Of a stretch of DNA of 64,000 nucleotides, positions 8,817-18,109 are shown piece after piece (the stretch's first letter is position 1; each line of letters begins with the position of its first letter). The notes beneath the pieces were generated by a model, which saw only the letters and a program-made list of their open reading frames with translations, searched no databases and was not told the origin of the DNA. A program made the translations under genes and the position numbers. Source of the DNA: an uncultured Candidatus Binatia bacterium (GTDB taxonomy: Bacteria > Desulfobacterota > Binatia > UBA9968 > JAJDTQ01); NCBI GenBank assembly GCA_965215605.1, contig OZ244070.1:3264001-3328000 (forward strand), in the 5' to 3' direction.

Positions 8817-10118
8817 TCAATTGGTGAACTTCGGGTTCTCGCAGTTGCCGCAGACCCAGGGGTAGGCCCAGTCGGCGGTGAGCTTGGCGCTCTCCGGAAT
8901 GTACGGGCTCCAGGCGTCGGCCTTGATGGGGCCCTCGGTCTCCCACACGACCTCGAACTGTCCGTCGGGCTGGATCTCTCCGATCATCACGGGCTTCGAG
9001 AGGTGGTGGTTGGTGTTCATGACGATGTCGAACCCGCTTGGGGACGTGACGGCCTGGCCGTACATCGCCTGCCGGACCGCGTCCACGTTCGCCGTGCCTG
9101 CCTGCTTCACGGCCTGGCTCCACATGTTGAAGCCGATGGCGGTGGCTTCCATGGGATCGTTGGTGACCCGCTTGGTGTCCTTGATGTAGGCGTGCCACTT
9201 CTCGATGAAGGCCTCGTTCTCGGGCGAGTCCACGGACTGGAAGTAGTTCCACGCCGCGAGATGGCCCACCAAGTTGCTGGTGTCGATGCCGGCCAGCTCT
9301 TCCTCGCCCACGGAGAAGGCCACCACCGGGATGTCGTCCGCGTTGATGCCCTGGTTGGCCAGCTCCTTGTAGAACGGCACGTTGGCGTCGCCGTTGATGG
9401 TCGAGACCACCGCGGTCTTCTTGCCGGCGGAGGCGAACTTCTTGATGTCCGCCACGATGGTCTGCCAGTCCGAGTGACCGAAGGGCGTGTAGTTGATCAT
9501 GATGTCTTCGGACGCGACGCCCTTGGACGTCAGAAAGGCCTCCAGGATCTTGTTGGTGGTGCGTGGGTAGACGTAGTCGGTGCCCGCCAGGACCCAGCGC
9601 TCGACGCTGCCGCCGTCCTCGCTCATGAGGTACTCCACCGCCGGAATGGCTTGCTGGTTCGGCGCCGCGCCGGTGTAGAAGACGTTCCTGGAGCTTTCCT
9701 CGCCTTCGTACTGGACGGGGTAGAACAGCAACCCGTTCAACTCCTCGAAGACCGGAAGCACCGACTTCCGCGACACCGAGGTCCAGCAGCCGAACACCAC
9801 GTCCACCTTGTGCTTGGACAGCAGCTCGCGCGCCTTTTCCGCGAACAGCGGCCAGTTGGAGGCCGGATCCACCACCACCGCCTCCACCTTCTTGCCCAGA
9901 AGGCCGCCTTTCTTGTTGAGGTCGTCCACCATCATCAACACGGTGTCCTTCAGCGTGGTCTCGCTGATGGCCATGGTGCCGGACAGCGAATGCAGCACGC
10001 CGACCTTGATGGTGTCGGCGGCCTGGGCCGCGTGGCTCGCGAGCAGGGCCGCGGCGGCCAGCACCGGCAAGATCCGGTACAAGAATCGAAATGCGGGTTT
10101 GTTCAGAGACTTTCGCAT
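8817..10118 (-). CDS. urtA: Urea ABC transporter substrate-binding protein
   Basis: Signal peptide; IKVGVLHSLSGTMAISE, DPASNWPLFAEKA, FGCWTSVSRK, YPVQYEGEE. Confidence 0.97.
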   Translation of the reverse strand: MRKSLNKPAFRFLYRILPVLAAAALLASHAAQAADTIKVGVLHSLSGTMAISETTLKDTVLMMVDDLNKKGGLLGKKVEAVVVDPASNWPLFAEKARELLSKHKVDVVFGCWTSVSRKSVLPVFEELNGLLFYPVQYEGEESSRNVFYTGAAPNQQAIPAVEYLMSEDGGSVERWVLAGTDYVYPRTTNKILEAFLTSKGVASEDIMINYTPFGHSDWQTIVADIKKFASAGKKTAVVSTINGDANVPFYKELANQGINADDIPVVAFSVGEEELAGIDTSNLVGHLAAWNYFQSVDSPENEAFIEKWHAYIKDTKRVTNDPMEATAIGFNMWSQAVKQAGTANVDAVRQAMYGQAVTSPSGFDIVMNTNHHLSKPVMIGEIQPDGQFEVVWETEGPIKADAWSPYIPESAKLTADWAYPWVCGNCENPKFTN

Positions 10119-10157
10119 GGGGTCCTCCCTCGTGTGTGAATTTCTGCAAGGGAATAA

Positions 10158-10173
10158 AGCAACACGCGTGCCA
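10158..10173 (-). promoter_or_regulatory. Sigma54 (-24/-12) promoter of the urt-ure operon
   Basis: Minus strand TGGCACGCGTGTTGCT matches TGGCAC-N5-TTGCW with exact GG-N10-GC spacing, 40 bp upstream of the urtA ATG. Confidence 0.85.
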
Positions 10174-10355
10174 AGTGCGGAATTGCCGCGCGCCGGGCGC
10201 TCGAACGGCCGTAAACAGGGGACTTGGTTGAGAAGAGGGGAGTACCGGCTCGCGCGATCTGGAAGCGCGTTCCGCTATCCAGAATCTAGGCAACTGTGCA
10301 GAAGTTGGGCAGGCGGTCGGGGCAGGGCTCAGGACGAACGGGGCAGGGGTTTGCC

Positions 10356-11558
10356 TCAGGGCCGCGCGGGCTCCGGGAGCGGGGCGTCGGGCGAACGGAT
10401 GGCGATGTAGATCATCACGGCCGACGAGAGCAGGATCAGGCTCATGATCTGCAGGAAGCCGTCGTAGGTGCCGTAAACGTCGAAGTAGACGCCCGCCAGG
10501 AAGGGGCCTCCGGCGGAGCCGACCTGGTGGACGATGAAGCTCAGGCCCATGATCAGGCCCGCCAGCCTTGGTCCCACCATCTCGAAGAACATGACGTTCT
10601 GTATCGCAATGGTGCCGAAGGTCGGCCCCATGGCCAGCGCCACCACGATGTAGAAGGCCAACGGGTTCGAGAAGTCGAAGGACATGGCCAGGGTGCCGAA
10701 GCCGCGGAAGAGGTAGCTGAGGGCCAGCATCTGGGAGCGGCCGTAGCGGTCGGACAGCCAGCCGAAGCTGAGGGCGGAGACGGCGGCGGCGATGCCGAAG
10801 ACGGACACGGCGATGGCTCCGATGGCCGGGTCGAAGTCCTTGCTCAGTGCGATGCCCACCAGATGCACGCTCTGGAACAGCGCCACGCCGCAGGAGAACC
10901 GCGCCGCGAACAGCAGCAGCATGGTGCGGTCCCGCAGGTAGGGGAGGCAGCTTCCCCAGGTCGCGGCCTCGCGCCGGCTGCCGGAGGAAGGGGCCGGGTC
11001 GCGCGCGCCGATCCACCCGAACGGAAACGCCACCACCAGGAGCAGCACCCCGCACGCGAAGGCGGCCACCCGCCAGTTGTAGCTGCCGATGAGCAGGTAC
11101 AGCAGCGGCGCCAGGAAGAACGGGCTCAGCGGCGACGCCGTCTGGACGATGCTCACCACGAAGCCGCGGCGGTTGGCATCGTAGTGCTTTGCCACCAGCA
11201 GCGAGATGATCACCAGCCCGCAGGCGCCTTTGGCCATGCCGGTCATGATTCCGAAGGTCAGGCATAGCTGCCACAGGTTCTGCGACAGCCCCATGCCGAA
11301 GAAACCGGCGGCCATGAGGAGAATCCCGCCCAGGATCACCGGACGGGTGCCGAGGTCGTCCGCCTTCTTGCCGAACAGCACCCCGCCGATGCCCCAGCCC
11401 AGCATGGCGAAGACGTAGGGAATCGTCGCGGTGGCGCGGGACCAGCCGAAGGTGTCCTCGATGGGCGTCAGGAACAGGCTGAACGCGTTCATGCTGATGG
11501 ACGTGATGACCACGACCGCAGCGGAGAACAGCACGATGAGGCTACGCGGGAGCTGCAT
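10356..11558 (-). CDS. MFS transporter
   Basis: About 12 hydrophobic segments; motif A-like GKKADDLGTR and GWLSDRYGR. Confidence 0.9.
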   Translation of the reverse strand: MQLPRSLIVLFSAAVVVITSISMNAFSLFLTPIEDTFGWSRATATIPYVFAMLGWGIGGVLFGKKADDLGTRPVILGGILLMAAGFFGMGLSQNLWQLCLTFGIMTGMAKGACGLVIISLLVAKHYDANRRGFVVSIVQTASPLSPFFLAPLLYLLIGSYNWRVAAFACGVLLLVVAFPFGWIGARDPAPSSGSRREAATWGSCLPYLRDRTMLLLFAARFSCGVALFQSVHLVGIALSKDFDPAIGAIAVSVFGIAAAVSALSFGWLSDRYGRSQMLALSYLFRGFGTLAMSFDFSNPLAFYIVVALAMGPTFGTIAIQNVMFFEMVGPRLAGLIMGLSFIVHQVGSAGGPFLAGVYFDVYGTYDGFLQIMSLILLSSAVMIYIAIRSPDAPLPEPARP

Positions 11559-11645
11559 TTCCAACTCGGGAAGTGACGCCCGCCAACGGGCGGGGCGCCG
11601 GGCACGCGGTTGCTGGCGGCACGAACACGGGGGTCCGCCCGTTAC

Positions 11646-12668
11646 TCATGCGAGGTATCCCCGCTCCCGGTAGAAGCGCCTGGCGCCCGGATGAAGGGGG
11701 ACGTCGTAAGGCGCCTCCTCGTCGTTGGCGCAGAGCTGCGCGATGTCGAGAGGCTTGAAGTTGTCGGTGGGGATGGTCTTCCTGCGGAGTTCGAGGGCTT
11801 CGCAGAGGGCATGGGCCACGTCCTTGTGCATGTCCGCGCGCACCACCATGGGCCAGCCGCTGAAGTCGACGGTGGGCACGTCCTCGGTCATGCCCTTGAA
11901 GTGCGTCTTGGGCAACAACGCGCCGCGGTACCCCATGGCCTTGAGCCGCCGCAGCACCGGCCCGTCGATGGGCAGGTAACGAAAGCCCCGGTCCACCGCG
12001 GTTTGCCCCCAGCTCTTGATCCCCTCGTCGAACACCGCGTTCACCGTGCCGTCCTCGATGGCCGCGCGCCGGTCCGGGTGGCTCGGCCGCGTGACCGATT
12101 GGATCCGGCCGCCCCACTTGCGGATGTCGGCGACCGTCATGCCGGCGGCCCCGAGGATGGAGGCCACGGTGAACGCCACCGGCGTATCCACCAGGCTGCG
12201 CTTGCCGGTGGGGCCGGTGGAGAGGTTCAGCGGGATGCGGTCCCTGGCGATCTGCTGCAACGACGTGATACCGGTGGACTCGTGCACCGCGAAGCCCATG
12301 ACGTCCCAGGACGGGAATACGGCGATGGTCCGCAGGGGCATGCGTCCTTCGAGCGGCCCTTTCCCCCTGTAGGCGAGGGTGACCGATGCCGACGGGTTGA
12401 TCCAGGCCATGGAAATCTTGCCGTCGGCGAGCATTTTGAGCTCGCGGAAACTGTCGGCGCCGAAGGAAAGGGACACGCAGTCGACCTGGCCGCCCCGTGG
12501 CAGCAGCGACAACTGCAGGTAGTAACCGAGCCGGGCGTCGGTCTGGAGCACGCCTTCCGCCGCCCGGCGGGTCTGGTGGGAGAGGGAGGTCTCGTACAGC
12601 CCCGAGGCCACCTCGAGCATGCCCTTCACCCGTTGTATCGCCGCGTTGTAGCGCCGTCTGGTGGCCAT
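11646..12668 (-). CDS. TAXI-family (TRAP-type) binding-protein fold, no evident signal peptide
   Basis: C-terminal VPLHPGARRFYRERG signature; LVVRADM-like motif. Confidence 0.75.
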   Translation of the reverse strand: MATRRRYNAAIQRVKGMLEVASGLYETSLSHQTRRAAEGVLQTDARLGYYLQLSLLPRGGQVDCVSLSFGADSFRELKMLADGKISMAWINPSASVTLAYRGKGPLEGRMPLRTIAVFPSWDVMGFAVHESTGITSLQQIARDRIPLNLSTGPTGKRSLVDTPVAFTVASILGAAGMTVADIRKWGGRIQSVTRPSHPDRRAAIEDGTVNAVFDEGIKSWGQTAVDRGFRYLPIDGPVLRRLKAMGYRGALLPKTHFKGMTEDVPTVDFSGWPMVVRADMHKDVAHALCEALELRRKTIPTDNFKPLDIAQLCANDEEAPYDVPLHPGARRFYRERGYLA

Positions 12669-12677
12669 GGCCCGGTT

Positions 12678-13766
12678 CTAGAGGGCGTAGAGCGCCTTGG
12701 GATTGTGGTACAGGATGTTGTCCTTCCGCTCCTGGCTGATGTCGTCCATCTTCTTCAGGTCCAGGATGGCGTCCATCTCGCTGGACGGGTCCGTGTGGCC
12801 GTAGTCGGTGCCGATGACCAGGTTGCCCTCGCCCGAGTACTTGAGGACGTAGGGGATGTCGTCGTTGGTCTGGCAGGTGACGTAGATGCCGTACTCCGCG
12901 AACAGGTCCTTCGGGAACTCGCGCCCGGCCGCATGGTAGCGGTTCTCGCTCTCCAGGTAGATCCACGGCACCCATTGGGAGGAGGCTTCGATGAAGCTCC
13001 AGCGGAGGTCCGGGAAGACCTGGGGAATCTCGCTCATGATGAGTCCCAGGCACGACGTCACCGTGGGCGCCCGGAACATGGCGAAACGGCCCGCCGTGGT
13101 GGGGCGGTAGGTGTCGCAGTTGCCGGGGTTGCCGTTGGCGATGTGCACCGCGATGGCCAGGTCCAGATCACTGGCCGTCTGGTAGATGGGGTAGAAGTAC
13201 GGGTCGCACATGTCCCGGTCCCCCTCCAGGGGCCGCATGCACACCGCCACCGCGCCGTCCTCCTTGGCCTGCCTGATCTGCGCCGCGGCCTCGTCCAGCG
13301 CCAGCACCGGCACCACGCAGGACCACCGCAGCCGGCCTTCGCTCTGCCGGTAGATGTCGCCCAGCCACCGGTTCCAGCTCCGGCACAACGCCGCCTCCAC
13401 GTCCGGCTTGGTGGTGATCTGCTCGATCCAGAAGGTGTTGTGGAGCACCTGGACGTCCACCCCCAGCTTTTCCATGTGGTCGAGCCGGAGCTGGACGTCG
13501 TCCAGCTCCCGGGCCGCCTGGGGCGACTCGACGTTGCGGCCGAACTGGTCCGACAGGTCCCGCAGTTGCTGTTCGCTATAGGTGGGGAAACGGAACCCGC
13601 GGATTTTCTCGTCGATGACCCAGTACTGGAGGGTGGGCTCCTGGGGCGACGAGAACAGCGTGGGCCGGAACTTCTGCTCCGACGGTTCCAGATAGTCCCA
13701 CGTGTGTTCGGTTTCGATCACATGGGCGTCCGCATCGATGACCGGGAGCTCTTCCTGACTGGACAT
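12678..13766 (-). CDS. Amidohydrolase-2 family protein
   Basis: IDADAHVIE, IAVH, FIEASSQWVP, GTDYGHTD, NPKALY. Confidence 0.9.
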   Translation of the reverse strand: MSSQEELPVIDADAHVIETEHTWDYLEPSEQKFRPTLFSSPQEPTLQYWVIDEKIRGFRFPTYSEQQLRDLSDQFGRNVESPQAARELDDVQLRLDHMEKLGVDVQVLHNTFWIEQITTKPDVEAALCRSWNRWLGDIYRQSEGRLRWSCVVPVLALDEAAAQIRQAKEDGAVAVCMRPLEGDRDMCDPYFYPIYQTASDLDLAIAVHIANGNPGNCDTYRPTTAGRFAMFRAPTVTSCLGLIMSEIPQVFPDLRWSFIEASSQWVPWIYLESENRYHAAGREFPKDLFAEYGIYVTCQTNDDIPYVLKYSGEGNLVIGTDYGHTDPSSEMDAILDLKKMDDISQERKDNILYHNPKALYAL

Positions 13767-13921
13767 GGCGCGACTCCTTGATACGCTACGCGGCCGGGAT
13801 ATCCCGGCCGCAACGGCTATACCCGACGCTCATGGCCGGGCGGTGGGCTTCTCTCTGTTTAATTCGACCAACGGGCCTCGTTTGTCAACCGCTGGACCGG
13901 TCGGCAGGCCCCGGCGGCGGG

Positions 13922-14686
13922 TCAATGCAGGTTGGCGCCGCCGTTCACCAGGATGGACTGGCCGGTGACGAAGGCGCTCATCTCCGACAGCAGGTACAGC
14001 GCGGTCCCCACCACGTCGTCCGGCTTTTCGATGCGTTGCAGCATGCGCTTGGCCGCGGAGCGCTCGTAGTCCTGAAGGGCGTCCTCGGTGGGCTCCGGCT
14101 CGCTGGCGGTGGAGCCCGGGGCCAGCGTGTTCACGCGGATGTTGTCCGGGCCCAGCTCACGCGCGAGCACACGGGTGAAGCCCACCACCGCCGCCTTCGA
14201 CACCACGTAGTGCATCATGCCGCCGCCGCCGTTGTAGGCCATGTTGGAGGCGATGTTCACGATGCTGCCCTGCCGGCGCTCCTGCATGGCCGGCGCCACC
14301 GCGCGGCTGCACAGCCACAGCCCCTTGACGTTCACCGCCATCACCCGGTCCCACTCGTCTTCGGCGATGTCCTGAAACCCGGAGCGCGTGACCGGCACGC
14401 TCATGAAGACCGCGGCGTTGTTCACCAGCCCGTCGATCCTCCCGAACGCTTCCAGGGCGGCCTCGGCCATGGCCTGGCAGCTCGAGAAGTCGGACACGTC
14501 GGTCTGCGCCCCCAGGGCCTGGCCGCCGCTTCGGGCAACCTCCCGGGCCACGGACTCGGCGGCGTCCCCGTCGATATCCGCGGCCACGGGGATGCCCCCC
14601 TCGCGCGCGATGCCCAGACAATAGGCCCGCCCGATGCCGTTGCCTCCTCCGGTGACGATGACGACTTTCCGATCCAGCAGACCCAT
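13922..14686 (-). CDS. SDR-family oxidoreductase
   Basis: TGGGNGIG, NNAA, YVVSK (YxxxK), IRVNTLAPG. Confidence 0.93.
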   Translation of the reverse strand: MGLLDRKVVIVTGGGNGIGRAYCLGIAREGGIPVAADIDGDAAESVAREVARSGGQALGAQTDVSDFSSCQAMAEAALEAFGRIDGLVNNAAVFMSVPVTRSGFQDIAEDEWDRVMAVNVKGLWLCSRAVAPAMQERRQGSIVNIASNMAYNGGGGMMHYVVSKAAVVGFTRVLARELGPDNIRVNTLAPGSTASEPEPTEDALQDYERSAAKRMLQRIEKPDDVVGTALYLLSEMSAFVTGQSILVNGGANLH

Positions 14687-14884
14687 GATGGTTCCTTTCT
14701 TGGCGGACACGCGTGGAGAACTCTGCGGCAGGTTGCAACCATCGGGATTCCTTGTCAAGGCGCCTCCCGCCGCCCGGACCTCCCGACCACTCCCGGCCCC
14801 CCGGCCCCGGGTCAAGCCCCGCACACCGTTCGCCGCGTGCGCGGCCCTCTTCTACAACCGGCCCCCGATTGCTACGTTGACCCA

Positions 14885-15334
14885 ATGGACCACCGCGCCA
14901 ACCTCCTGGAACGGGACGACGACATTCAGGACCTGATCGCCTCGGTCCGCCGCATCGCCGTCCTCGGTATCAAGACCGAGGAGCAGGCCTTCCAGCCGGC
15001 GTTCTACGTGCCGCGGTACCTGGACCGGGCGGGCTTCGACGTGATCCCCGTGCCCGTGTACTACCCGGACGTGACGGAGATTCTCGGCAAGCCGGTGTAC
15101 CGCCGGCTGGCGGACATCCCCGGCGCGGTAGACCTGGTGAACGTGTTCCGGCGCCCCCAAGACATCGACCCGCATCTCGACGACATGCTGGCCGCGAAAC
15201 CCGCGGGGGTGTGGTTCCAGTCCGGCATCCGCCATCAGGCCGTGGCCGAGGCGCTGGCGCGGGCGGGCATCAAGGTGGTCCAGGACCGCTGACTCATGGT
15301 GGAGCACCGGTCGCCGGCGGCGACCGTCCCGTAA
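14885..15334 (+). CDS. YccU-like CoA-binding protein, probable selenoprotein (UGA=Sec at 15290-15292)
   Basis: RIAVLG, VDLVNVFRR, VWFQSGI family motifs. VVQDR-TGA-LMVEHR matches the family DRC(L/M)xVEH motif; SECIS-like hairpin follows; TAA at 15332-15334. Confidence 0.8.
15308..15326 (+). promoter_or_regulatory. Putative bacterial SECIS hairpin
   Basis: CGGTCGCC-GGC-GGCGACCG perfect stem starting 16 nt after the UGA; loop begins with G. Confidence 0.65.
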
Positions 15335-15350
15335 CCGCTTCCGGGTTGCC

Positions 15351-16229
15351 TTACCCGAGGGCGAGGATCCAACACAGTAACACGGCGAGGGCTGCCACGA
15401 CGCCGATCCTGAGCTGCGCGCGCGGGTCCTCCGGACGGTCCACGGTTGCCGCCAGCAAGCCGCCCACGGCTCCGCCCGCGGCAAACCCCCAGAAATGCGC
15501 CCACAGGTCCGTCCGCTGGCCCCCGGTGCCAAGCATGGCGAGGATCGCCAGTCCCGCGGCCAGCGGCACCCAGGCGCGCCGTCCCCGGACGCCGATGCGC
15601 CGCCGACGCGCCACCTGCGTCCCCCCCAGCACGCCGAGCGCGCCGAAGACCGCGGTGGAGGCGCCGACCGAGATGTGGTCGAAGCCGTAGAACCAGGCGT
15701 TGCAGAGGTTCCCCAGCGCGCCTGCGCCCAGCACCAGGGCCGCCCCGACCCCCGGCCCCTCGGAACGGCACACCGCGGTCAGGAAGAACAGCATGGCCAC
15801 GGCGTTGGAGCCCACGTGGGGCAGATCGGCGTGCAGGGTGAGGGCGGTGATCGTGCGCCACAGCTCGCCGTCGAGGATGAGCTCGGCGGCGGCGCCGCCG
15901 CGGGCGACCCAGCGCACCGTCCCGTGGGTCCAGGCGGCGAAGAAGTGGAACGCCAGCAGGCCCGTCGCGACCGCCGCGCCCGTGTAGAGAGGCGCCTTAC
16001 CTGTCCACACCTCCTCTTCCGGATCGGCGGTACGGGTCTCGCTCTCGTAGTCCCAGAGCTCCGTCACCGCCCGCTCCAGGTGTTGCGAGGGCACCGAGAG
16101 GACCCAGCCCCCGGAAGCGCGCGCCAGACGCGGGCGCAGGCCCTCCGCTTCCAGCACCAGGGCCCACTCCTCGGCCATGCGGAGATTCGGCGTCCTGCGT
16201 ACGATGATTTCCCGTCCTGCCTGCGTCAT
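15351..16229 (-). CDS. Rhomboid-family intramembrane serine protease
   Basis: ELWRTITALTLHADLPHVGSN, GASTAVFG (catalytic Ser), AHFWGFAAG (catalytic His). Confidence 0.9.
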   Translation of the reverse strand: MTQAGREIIVRRTPNLRMAEEWALVLEAEGLRPRLARASGGWVLSVPSQHLERAVTELWDYESETRTADPEEEVWTGKAPLYTGAAVATGLLAFHFFAAWTHGTVRWVARGGAAAELILDGELWRTITALTLHADLPHVGSNAVAMLFFLTAVCRSEGPGVGAALVLGAGALGNLCNAWFYGFDHISVGASTAVFGALGVLGGTQVARRRRIGVRGRRAWVPLAAGLAILAMLGTGGQRTDLWAHFWGFAAGGAVGGLLAATVDRPEDPRAQLRIGVVAALAVLLCWILALG

Positions 16230-16360
16230 GGGCGTCGCTTCGAATCCGTCATCGATACGAAATGAGTGTCCTGACCCCACGTGTGCAGACATCCGGATAC
16301 TGGCGCATGGGACGTAGATACAAGACACGAATAGCGGCTTCAACTGCCGCCGCCGCGGTC

Positions 16361-17224
16361 TCACCGCCAGGTGATGAGCAGGATCCCGGTGACGATCAGC
16401 ACCGCCCCGGCCGCCACCCGGGCGTTGACGGTCTCCAGGTCCCGCAGGAACAGCGCGCTGAAGAGCACGATGAAGAGCGGGTTGGTGTTGATCAGCGGCA
16501 CCACCACCGACACATCCCCCTCGCTCAGGGCGATGTAGCCCAGCAGTTGAGCAGTGGCCGACACGACGGCCGCGGCGCCGTAGAACGGGAGGCACTTCCG
16601 GTCCCCCTGGAAGGTGGCGCGCAACTGGCCCGTGGCCACCAGGCTGAGCGAGAAGACGATCAGGGAGGTGGTGATGGTGATGGCGGTGGCGACGAACGGG
16701 TTGGGCATGATCAGCAGCCCGGTCTTGCGGAAGTTCTGGGAGATGGCCGTAAGGAAGGCCGCGCCCAGCGGGTACGTCAGGTGAATCGCCTTCCACTCGC
16801 TCTCGCCCTCCCGCCGGCTCGAGGTGAACCAGACCCCGACGACGCTCAGGAACGATCCCAGATAGACCCCCGCGTCGGGCCGTTCTCCCAGGAACGTGAA
16901 CGCCAGGGCGATGGCGAAGAGCGGCGTGACGCTGCGCACCGGGCCGGCGCGGGAGGCGCCCAGGCGGACGATGCCCGTGTAGTGGAGAAAACGGACGATG
17001 GCGGGTTGGATCAGGCCGCTGATGATGAAATACCAGGTTCCCCTGGTGTACAGCAGGCTCATGGGAAAGAAGAGCCAGATGGCGCCCCACAGCGCCACCG
17101 TGCTCAGCACGAACCCCATGAGCGCGGCCAGCGCCACGCTGGCGTAGCGCGAGCCCCGGCGCACCAGGATCGCCTCGGAGCCCCATGCCACCGCGGCTGT
17201 CAGGGCAAGGGACTCGGGGCCCAT
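16361..17224 (-). CDS. EamA/DMT-family transporter
   Basis: Two EamA repeats (LGASRAGPVRSVTPLFA..LGERP; VSVVVPLINTNPLF..FLRDLE). Confidence 0.9.
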   Translation of the reverse strand: MGPESLALTAAVAWGSEAILVRRGSRYASVALAALMGFVLSTVALWGAIWLFFPMSLLYTRGTWYFIISGLIQPAIVRFLHYTGIVRLGASRAGPVRSVTPLFAIALAFTFLGERPDAGVYLGSFLSVVGVWFTSSRREGESEWKAIHLTYPLGAAFLTAISQNFRKTGLLIMPNPFVATAITITTSLIVFSLSLVATGQLRATFQGDRKCLPFYGAAAVVSATAQLLGYIALSEGDVSVVVPLINTNPLFIVLFSALFLRDLETVNARVAAGAVLIVTGILLITWR

Positions 17225-17249
17225 GACGACCTGTTGTGAGGGGTGAGGC

Positions 17250-18098
17250 TCACTCCAGCACGAGCGGCGTGTCGTCGCGGTTGGCCCATTCGCCCATGGA
17301 ACCGTCGTAGTTGCGCGCCCGCTCGTAGCCCAGCAGTGTCAGGACGAAGACTCCGTGCGCCGCACGGATGCCGCCCTGTCAATAGGTGACCACTTCCTTG
17401 TCCGGCGGAACCCCCGCCTGTTCCAGCAGGCCGCGCAGTTCCCCGGCCTCCTTCAGGGTCTTGTAGGAGTTGTCCTGCAGGAAGTTGAGCCACTCCAGGT
17501 GCACCGCGCCCGGTATGCGGCCCGCGCGCTTGTTGCCGCGGTCGTTGGCGCCCGTCCACTCGCCGTCGGACCGCACGTCCAGGTACACCACGTCCGGATT
17601 GCCGACGTTGGCCGTCCCGTAGTCCAGGGTGCACACGAGGTCCGGGTTGGCCTTGGGGTTGAAGACCGCGCCCTGGGGCTTCGGCACGTCCAGAGTCATG
17701 GGCCGTCCCTCGTCGAACCACTTCTTCCAGCCGCCGTTGAGCACGGTGACATCGTCATGGCCGTAGTAGTTCAGCACCCACCACAGGCGCGCGGCCCACA
17801 GGGAACCGTTGCTGTCGTAGGCCACCACCCGCGTGCCTTCGCCGATGCCCAGGCTCTCCATCACTTCCTTGGCCGTGTCCGGAGGCGCCACCAGGGGATA
17901 CTTCCGGTTGTCCGTGTCGTAGCCCGGCTGCTTGATGTAGTGATGCACGCGAATTCCCGCGGCGCCCTTGATGTGGGCCCGACGGTAGACGTCGAAGGGG
18001 TCGCAGTCCACGATGCGGATGTCCGGGTCATCCAGGTGCTGCTCCAGCCAGTCCGTCTCCACCAGCAGCTCCGGCCGGGCGTAGCCTTCCTCTGTCAT
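17250..18098 (-). CDS. Tandem-domain rhodanese / 3-mercaptopyruvate sulfurtransferase (SseA-like) with Sec at the catalytic site (UGA 17379-17381)
   Basis: ARLWWVL, LNGG, LDVRS..GRIPGA; VVTY-TGA-QGGIRAA replaces the catalytic Cys loop and the frame continues through the rhodanese signature NYDGSMGEWA to a TGA at 17250. Confidence 0.9.
17352..17368 (-). promoter_or_regulatory. Putative bacterial SECIS hairpin
   Basis: Minus strand TCCGTGC-GGC-GCACGGA starting 11 nt after the UGA. Confidence 0.7.
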
Positions 18099-18109
18099 GG
18101 GGGTACCTC

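Noticed and set aside
13778-14884. N-terminal 369 codons of the 504-aa (+) ORF
   Set aside because: Antisense to the SDR gene; only the part from ATG 14885 is protein-like.
15290-17381. Genome-wide UGA reassignment (code 4 or 25) as the explanation for the in-frame TGAs
   Set aside because: Many genes here terminate normally at TGA (urtB, urtE, gltD), and both internal TGAs align with Cys, not Trp or Gly.
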